In this document: positions 43,818 through 50,006 of the stretch, one piece after another | Layout of the letters: the number at the start of each line of letters is the position of its first letter | Numbering within the stretch: position 1 is the first letter of the stretch | NCBI GenBank assembly: GCA_021774995.1 | Contig: JAJFIM010000172.1 | Location: 1 to 50,006 of the forward strand | Direction: 5' to 3' | Length of the DNA: 50,006 nucleotides | Origin: Alphaproteobacteria bacterium | GTDB lineage: Bacteria; Pseudomonadota; Alphaproteobacteria; SMXP01 | Position numbers and translations under genes: made by a program | Notes under the pieces: model-generated | Told to the model about the DNA's origin: nothing | Seen by the model: only the letters and a program-made list of their open reading frames with translations | Databases searched by the model: none

Positions 43818-46226
43818 TTGTTAAAAGCCATAAGAAGAAAGGATATGCAGCTTGGAAGAATCGCGCAGCGTGAAGTTTCTGCGGCAAGCTTCATTCCGTA
43901 TTCAAGGCATTATGACGACACAACATTAAAAACCAAAGCAGGATACCTTCTCAAAATTATAAAGATTGAAGGCCTTCCTTTTGAAACGGCCGATCAAGCT
44001 GATTTAAACGCCAGAAAGAACATCCGCGCTACACTTTTAAGAGGCATCAGCAACTCTCGCTTTGCTATTTATCATCACACTATTCGCCGCCGCGTATCAG
44101 ATAAGCTAGACGGATTATTTGAAAATGATTGGTGCCGGCAACTTGATACAGCCTATCAAGAAAAGCTGTCTCAAAAGAATATGTTCGTGAACGAACAATA
44201 TATTACAATCGTGAGACGCCCCCCGCAGAGCAAAATTGGAATAATGGCCAATATTAGCGGCATCGTCTTTTCTTCTGTAGATCGGTCTGCACGAGAACAA
44301 AAAGACTTTGAAAACCTTAAAGCTCTCAACGAAGCCGTAAACAATATCGTTTCAACTCTAAAACCATACAAACCAAGGGTTTTGAGTGTTATTGATACTG
44401 ACAAAGGTGCATTTTCAGAAAACTTATCGTTTCTTTCCTATTTGATAAATTTGGAAGATAAGCAGGTACGCTTGCCCGCCTGCTCTATAGCAGAATATTT
44501 GCCTGAAAAACGGATTTCATTTGGACGAGAAACTTTTGAAATGCGAGGGGCGGCATCAAGTGATGTCAAGCTAGGCGCAGTGTTATCAGTTAAAGAATAC
44601 GATAACTCTACCGGCCCTGGTATGTTAGATTCATTCCTTCGCCTTCCCCATGAATTTATACTGACACAATCTTTTGGTTTTGTTGATAGGCAGACCTCCC
44701 TCAGCGCCATGAACGAAGCTGAAAGGAAAATGATTGCTTCAGAACAAGGAGCAGACAGCCTTATTATAGATATTCAAGACGCAAAAAATGACCTGTCTTC
44801 GGGAAAATCTTCATTTGGAGAACATCATATTTCACTGACTGTCTTTGCGGACGATAAAGACCAGCTTGATAAATCAATCAGTGACTCATTGAGTGCATTT
44901 ACCAATATTGGCTTAATTTGTACACGTGAAGATGTAAATTTAGAACCTGCGTTTTGGGCAAATCTACCTGCTAACTTCAGCTATATTTCGAGAAGATCAC
45001 TTATCTCAAACCAAAATTTCGCCAGTTTTGCCAGTCTGCATACTTTTCCAGCCGGAAGCAAAACTGAGAACCACTGGGGCAGTGCAATTACTAGGCTAGA
45101 AACAACCTCTGGCACACCATACTGGTTCAATTTTCATGAGCGTGATGTCGGAAATTTTACGGTTATCGGCCCTACTGGTACAGGCAAAACCGTTTTACTA
45201 ACTTTTCTCATGGCTCAAGCACAAAGATTAAAACCACGTTCTGTATATTTCGATAAAGATCGAGGAGCTGAAATCTTTATACGAGCGATTGGTGGCGAAT
45301 ATACGATTGTAAGCCCTGGCAAGCCTACGGGATTAAACCCACTACTATTACAAGATACGCCCAAAAACAGAGGGTTTTTAAGAGACTGGCTACAGCTTCT
45401 TGTATCTGACGATAATCATCACCGATTAACATCGAAAGAAATTGATATTATTTCGGACGCCGTAAATGCAAATTATGAAGCCCCTCCTGAAAACAGACGC
45501 CTGCGCTATTTGGCAGAACTTTTGGCAGGTTATGGATCAGAAAACGACTCTTCACTTGGGGAACGCATTGCGAAATGGCACTCCAATGGTGAACGGGCGT
45601 GGTTATTTGACAGTGCCACTGACAGCTTATCACTAGACAACCAAACTATTGGATTTGATTTAACATCAATTCTGGATGATCCAAAAGCCCGCGCTCCTTG
45701 GCTTCTATACGTTTTTCATAGAATTGACGAACTGCTTGATGGGCAAAAAACCATTCTCATGCTCGATGAGGGCTGGAAGATGCTTGATGACCCCGTATTT
45801 ACAGCGCGCATAAAAGATTGGATGAAAACAATCCGTAAACAAAACGGCATACTCGGTTTTGCAACACAATCTGTCAGAGATGCACTGAACTCAGAGGTTG
45901 GCGATACGATAATTGAACAATCATTTACCCAAATATTTTTGCCCAATAATAAAGCGTCTGAAGAAGATTACTGTAAGGGTTTTGGCCTTACCCACCAAGA
46001 GCTAATGATAATCCGTGAACTTACACCAGAGTCACGCTGTTTCTTAGTAAAGCACGGCAGCGACTCTGTGATCGCCAAACTAGATTTAGACAACATGGAT
46101 GATTTCATTTCAGTGCTATCCGGCAGAACTGAAACTGTGAAGCTCCTTGAAGAGATTATGGACGAAACTGGGACAGAACCAGATAAGTGGCTGAACGCAT
46201 TTTTACAAAGGAGTAGGAAGCTATGA
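43818..46226 (+). CDS. virB4: VirB4 T4SS ATPase
   Basis: 802 aa with TTG start. Walker A GPTGTGKT and Walker B ILMLDEGW. Typical size and position. Confidence 0.95.
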   Translation: MLKAIRRKDMQLGRIAQREVSAASFIPYSRHYDDTTLKTKAGYLLKIIKIEGLPFETADQADLNARKNIRATLLRGISNSRFAIYHHTIRRRVSDKLDGLFENDWCRQLDTAYQEKLSQKNMFVNEQYITIVRRPPQSKIGIMANISGIVFSSVDRSAREQKDFENLKALNEAVNNIVSTLKPYKPRVLSVIDTDKGAFSENLSFLSYLINLEDKQVRLPACSIAEYLPEKRISFGRETFEMRGAASSDVKLGAVLSVKEYDNSTGPGMLDSFLRLPHEFILTQSFGFVDRQTSLSAMNEAERKMIASEQGADSLIIDIQDAKNDLSSGKSSFGEHHISLTVFADDKDQLDKSISDSLSAFTNIGLICTREDVNLEPAFWANLPANFSYISRRSLISNQNFASFASLHTFPAGSKTENHWGSAITRLETTSGTPYWFNFHERDVGNFTVIGPTGTGKTVLLTFLMAQAQRLKPRSVYFDKDRGAEIFIRAIGGEYTIVSPGKPTGLNPLLLQDTPKNRGFLRDWLQLLVSDDNHHRLTSKEIDIISDAVNANYEAPPENRRLRYLAELLAGYGSENDSSLGERIAKWHSNGERAWLFDSATDSLSLDNQTIGFDLTSILDDPKARAPWLLYVFHRIDELLDGQKTILMLDEGWKMLDDPVFTARIKDWMKTIRKQNGILGFATQSVRDALNSEVGDTIIEQSFTQIFLPNNKASEEDYCKGFGLTHQELMIIRELTPESRCFLVKHGSDSVIAKLDLDNMDDFISVLSGRTETVKLLEEIMDETGTEPDKWLNAFLQRSRKL

Positions 46227-46969
46227 AATTATTAAAAATATTGATGCTCTCCGCCGCAATTTTGGTTTGCCAAAACTTGGAAGTTAAAGCGCAGGGCATA
46301 CCCGTCTATGACAATGCAGGCTTCGTGCAACTGATTGCACAAGTAAATGCTATGGCTGATGACTACCAAAAACAAATCCAGCAGCTTGAAGAAGCAGTCA
46401 GGCAATCAGACGCCATTACCGGCACGCGGAACATGGGTGATGTAGCAAACGGGCTATTAGAACAGCAATTACGCGAGTATCTCCCTAATACGTGGCAAGA
46501 GACTATGAATATTATAAACAGCGGAAATATCCCAACCGGCGCACTTGGCACACAAAGCATATACAGCAATCTCTATGATGAATACTCCCCATTAACTGGA
46601 TCGGATTTAATGCCATCAGATCCATCAAGCAATGTCGCCAAAGCAATAGATCGCAGAACCGAAACAACCTATGCAGCCATGTCTGCAAGCGAACAAGCAT
46701 ACAATAATGTTCCTGTAAGAATGCAAACCTATGAAACATTATTAGACGAGCTTAATAGCAGCGATGATCTAAAAACGTCCGTGGATCTTCAAGCTAGAAT
46801 TACAGCAGAAAACGGAGTGGCACTTAATGAGCTGATGAGGCTCAACGCAATTCGTATTCAACAAAATGCGTCAGTTGATAACGAAACACTGATGAATAGC
46901 CGCAGAGCCAGCTCATTCAATGTCTACGACCCTGCCCTTGCAAGAGCAGCTATGGAACTACCAAACTAA
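46223..46969 (+). CDS. virB5: VirB5/TrbJ-family minor pilus subunit
   Basis: 248 aa. Signal peptide, then QGIPVYD and coiled-coil sequence. ATGA overlap with virB4. Confidence 0.75.
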   Translation: MKLLKILMLSAAILVCQNLEVKAQGIPVYDNAGFVQLIAQVNAMADDYQKQIQQLEEAVRQSDAITGTRNMGDVANGLLEQQLREYLPNTWQETMNIINSGNIPTGALGTQSIYSNLYDEYSPLTGSDLMPSDPSSNVAKAIDRRTETTYAAMSASEQAYNNVPVRMQTYETLLDELNSSDDLKTSVDLQARITAENGVALNELMRLNAIRIQQNASVDNETLMNSRRASSFNVYDPALARAAMELPN

Positions 46970-46980
46970 GGAGAAAAACT

Positions 46981-47166
46981 ATGAAAAAACTACTCACTAT
47001 TGCCTGCGTAATATCTGCACTTTCCCTTGGCGGCTGTGCTTCTCAATACAAAGAGAAAAAAGCCCCGTGCGGAAATGCAAAAACAGCCTCTTTATCGAGC
47101 AATCCCTGTGATCCACTGCCAATCAATGTCGCGGTGATTAAAACAAAGGGCACTAAAAACTCATGA
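46981..47166 (+). CDS. VirB7-like small lipoprotein
   Basis: 61 aa. Lipobox LSLGGC. The PCDPLPINV segment resembles the VirB9-binding P-[ILV]-N motif of VirB7/TraN. Confidence 0.5.
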   Translation: MKKLLTIACVISALSLGGCASQYKEKKAPCGNAKTASLSSNPCDPLPINVAVIKTKGTKNS

Positions 47167-47558
47167 GAAAAAAAATCTTAATAACATCACTGGCCGCAAC
47201 GCTGAGCTTAACGGCCTGCTTTGGTGAAAAGAACCCTCTTAACGAAATTTCTCCTACGATTTTAGCCAATGAAATATTTGAAATTGGAGAGGATGCAAAT
47301 GATTGTATGCAGCTCTGGGACAACCCAAAAGCCGCAAGCCCTCAAGGAGTTATATATCAAACTTGCGAGGACAGCGCTTCCAAAATCGCCATTCATTTCA
47401 CAAAAGCAGGATACGGCGACATAACTGCTTACAACGTAAAATCCCTAAATAATTGGGAGAATATTGAGGCCGAAGTGAAAGTCTTGAGAAAAACTAGGCG
47501 TGAAAACGTAGGAGATACAATGAAAAACGTATTTCCAGACTGGAGCAAACAGCCTTGA
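47163..47558 (+). CDS. lipoprotein, possible entry-exclusion (Eex-like) protein
   Basis: 131 aa. Lipobox LSLTAC. Lies between virB5 and virB6, where pKM101-type systems carry eex. Confidence 0.45.
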   Translation: MRKKILITSLAATLSLTACFGEKNPLNEISPTILANEIFEIGEDANDCMQLWDNPKAASPQGVIYQTCEDSASKIAIHFTKAGYGDITAYNVKSLNNWENIEAEVKVLRKTRRENVGDTMKNVFPDWSKQP

Positions 47559-48562
47559 TTGAAACGATCATCAATAATGTTGATTCAATTATACTCGCTT
47601 TCGTTCAAGGAGCGTTCGGGAGCTTGACACCTATTGTGCAAATTCTCTGGCGCCTGATGTTTATTATTTTCATAGCTGTTTTTGGCTATAAGGTCATCAT
47701 TTCGGGGCGATTTGCGGCCAACGATCTTATCGTGAACACATTGAAAATCATAATCCTCCTGCTCATTGCAACAGAATGGGACACCTTTTTTCTTCTCGTC
47801 TACAATATGGCCACTGATTTACCTTCAGACATTGCCGGACAAATAATGAGCGGTGCCGCAAACGCCACTCCTGGGGCAGTCGCCAGTGATGATGCTTCTG
47901 CAAATCTTATCCTTTCTGACTTTTATGATCGCGCATTGGTCATAGTGACCCAAATTTTGGAAGGTGCGAGATGGTATGAGGTGGGTAAATACTTTTATGC
48001 TTTTATTATATGGTTTGGTGCATTGGCTCTTTCAGGATATGCCGCGATGTTAATCGTTTTGTCCAAGATTGCGGTGGCTATTTTATTATCAATCGGCCCC
48101 CTATTCATCCTTCTGCTGATATTTGCAAACACGCGCTCTTTATTTGAAGGTTGGCTAAGGACGTTACTCAACTATGCGGTCATTCCTATATTCGTGTATG
48201 CGTTATTGGCTTTACTGCTGACTATTTCAGACCCGCCCCTCGTAAGTTTAGAGAACAATACAACGGGTTCTTCAAATACCCTTTCTTATATTGGCGCGTT
48301 TATTTTTGTCTCGTTTGTTTCTGTCTTACTTTTAATGCAGGTAATGAATATTGCCGCATCAATAACAGGCGGATTATCACTCTCAACAATGGGATCAGCC
48401 TCATGGGGTGTAAGAACGGCTGGACGCTTAGGAAAAGGCACTCCAAAAGGCGCATTTACATCAGGCGTCTTCGCTTATAACGCCGCCCGCCATCCTGTCC
48501 AGTCATCAAAAGCCATTGGTAAACGATTGGCCACGTCAGCAAAAAAGATTAGAGGGTTTTAA
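47555..48562 (+). CDS. virB6: VirB6/TrbL-family inner-membrane T4SS protein
   Basis: 335 aa, polytopic, TTG start overlapping the upstream stop. Position before virB8. Confidence 0.8.
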   Translation: MIETIINNVDSIILAFVQGAFGSLTPIVQILWRLMFIIFIAVFGYKVIISGRFAANDLIVNTLKIIILLLIATEWDTFFLLVYNMATDLPSDIAGQIMSGAANATPGAVASDDASANLILSDFYDRALVIVTQILEGARWYEVGKYFYAFIIWFGALALSGYAAMLIVLSKIAVAILLSIGPLFILLLIFANTRSLFEGWLRTLLNYAVIPIFVYALLALLLTISDPPLVSLENNTTGSSNTLSYIGAFIFVSFVSVLLLMQVMNIAASITGGLSLSTMGSASWGVRTAGRLGKGTPKGAFTSGVFAYNAARHPVQSSKAIGKRLATSAKKIRGF

Positions 48563-48564
48563 AT

Positions 48565-49239
48565 ATGTCTAAGAATAGAGAGGATTATTACAATAAAGCA
48601 TCAACGTGGGATCAAGAGATAATCGCCAATGCGTTAATTTCTAAGAAACGTGCTTGGATTGTCGCTTTTTTCTGTATGGGTATTTCAATGTTAAGCCTGT
48701 TCACGCTTATTTTGATTTTACCCTTAAAAACCTTTGAGCCTTATGTTGTTACCGTCGATAGGGCTACTGGCTATTTGGAAGTGGCTAAAGGTTTGAACGA
48801 TTTAACCCTCTCAGAAGATGAAGCTGTCACTGAAGCAAACCTTGTGAAGTATGTTTCTTTGAGAGAACAATACAATCCCGCCATCTTAAAAGAGAACTAT
48901 GAAACTGTTGAAATCATGTCAGATGGACAGGCCTTAAAAGAGTATCAAGAGCTATGGGCGGCGAGTAACTCTAATAATCCATCCATAAAATTAGGCCGTA
49001 AAACCTCGATAGATATAAAAATAAAATCTGTTTCCTTCATTAACGACAAAACAGCTTCCATCCGCTTCTTACGTGAAGTTAGAGAGAATGATCGCGTAAA
49101 AACCAGCCATTGGAACGCAGTCATACAATTCCGCTATTCACAAAAACCTATGCAGATGAAAGACAGATTTTCTAACCCCCTTGGATTCCAAGTCACAACT
49201 TACCGCGTCAACCCAGAAGTATTGGAGATTATACGATGA
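48565..49239 (+). CDS. virB8: VirB8
   Basis: 224 aa. N-terminal TM helix followed by an NTF2-like periplasmic domain (YVVTVDRATGY ... NPLGFQVTTYR). Confidence 0.9.
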   Translation: MSKNREDYYNKASTWDQEIIANALISKKRAWIVAFFCMGISMLSLFTLILILPLKTFEPYVVTVDRATGYLEVAKGLNDLTLSEDEAVTEANLVKYVSLREQYNPAILKENYETVEIMSDGQALKEYQELWAASNSNNPSIKLGRKTSIDIKIKSVSFINDKTASIRFLREVRENDRVKTSHWNAVIQFRYSQKPMQMKDRFSNPLGFQVTTYRVNPEVLEIIR

Positions 49240-50006
49240 AACTAAAACCCCTACTCTTAAACACAGCCATAATTTCTTGCTTATTTATAAGCCCTGCTCT
49301 GGCTGGAAAAAACCCTCGGCCAATGACTGCCGATGCCCGTGTAAAAATTGTGACATACCATGAAAGTGACGTTTATCAAGTCAGAGGGCATTACGGATAT
49401 TCAACCGTGATTGAATTGTCGCCCAAAGAACGTATCGAAACAATATCACTAGGAGATACGGAGAGCTGGCAGGTCATGAAGCCTGGAAAACCAAATATCA
49501 TGTTTATCAAGCCTCTTGAGGAAGACGCCGCTACCAACATGACGGTCATTACAGATAAAAGAATGTATACGTTTGAGCTTACAGCCAGCCAAGCATATTC
49601 CCACAGGTCACCCGATCTAACATTTCGTCTAAAATTCCACTACGCAGACGATGCCGCACAAGAATTAGCCTACATTGGAAGTGTGTCAGAAGCCTATTAT
49701 AACCCGCTTGAAGGCACTGACGCTACAGACTTGAATTTTGATTACAGCTATGCCGGATCAAAAAGATTGCGCCCTATTCGAGCCTTTGATGATGGCGTTT
49801 TCACATACTTTCAATTCAAAGATTTTGATGTAATGCCTGCTGTTTTTGCCGTTGATGAAAATGGAAATGAACGCCTTGTTAATTTTAATGTGCAAGGAAA
49901 ATATGTGGTTGTTTCCGGCTTAGGATCACAATTCACTTTAAGAGACGGCGAGACAGCCACCTGCATTTTCAATGAAACATTTCCAAAACCAGAACCCGAA
50001 GTGGTC
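49236..50006 (+). CDS. virB9: VirB9 (3' end outside window)
   Basis: ATGA overlap with virB8. MKLKPLLLNTAIISCLFISPALAG signal, then VKIVTYHESDVYQVRGHYGYSTVIEL...SLGDTESWQV..., typical of VirB9. The frame is open to the window end. Not in the ORF track because it has no stop. Confidence 0.9.
   Translation, partial: MKLKPLLLNTAIISCLFISPALAGKNPRPMTADARVKIVTYHESDVYQVRGHYGYSTVIELSPKERIETISLGDTESWQVMKPGKPNIMFIKPLEEDAATNMTVITDKRMYTFELTASQAYSHRSPDLTFRLKFHYADDAAQELAYIGSVSEAYYNPLEGTDATDLNFDYSYAGSKRLRPIRAFDDGVFTYFQFKDFDVMPAVFAVDENGNERLVNFNVQGKYVVVSGLGSQFTLRDGETATCIFNETFPKPEPEVV

Noticed and set aside
1-50006. Search for tRNA, rRNA, CRISPR arrays, integrase/att sites and prophage genes
   Set aside because: I saw no T-loop/acceptor-type tRNA signatures, no spaced direct-repeat arrays and no tyrosine/serine integrase. 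The only recombinase is the IS110 DEDD enzyme. Replication and partition genes favour a plasmid over an ICE.

Overview
This 50-kb stretch reads as part of a conjugative plasmid (less likely an ICE). It has an alphaproteobacterial-style backbone and is visibly AT-rich. Left to right: (i) A plus-strand, metal-uptake-like cargo cluster of His-rich proteins (1-3337). (ii) A minus-strand MOB module with a DUF3363-type VirD2-like relaxase, an RHH protein and DUF736 (3330-6783). (iii) Leading-region/anti-restriction-type genes: an orphan N6-adenine MTase, a large ParB-like protein and a DUF6876-like protein (7167-11391), plus ArdC (20620-21498). (iv) Maintenance genes (12005-18710): a Fic 'mobile mystery' pair, HipBA, ParA with an RHH partner flanked by 13-bp palindromes, a RepC-family initiator, and a KfrA-like HTH/coiled-coil protein. 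(v) An IS110-family element (about 19147-20494) that splits a thermonuclease gene. (vi) An ~18-kb defence island (23364-41275). It opens with a nine-gene, translationally coupled operon: HTH, an apparently nuclease-dead MmeI-family MTase, a CoiA-like nuclease, an SF2 helicase, a T5orf172/GIY-YIG protein, a HEPN-like/Zn-ribbon protein, then a Lamassu/DdmABC-like Cap4-nuclease/middle/SMC trio. The island continues with DUF2130, a PLAAT/LRAT-like membrane protein paired with a membrane-anchored XRE protein, and a Hhe-like SF1 helicase-DUF559 protein. (vii) virB2-virB9 of a type IV secretion system, running off the right edge. I saw no rRNA, tRNA or CRISPR array. All family calls are motif recognition by eye and memory; no searches were run. 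The best candidate for an undescribed system is the MTase/CoiA-like/helicase/T5orf172 (+HEPN-like) module fused to Lamassu. The PLAAT-like/XRE-TM pair is second.
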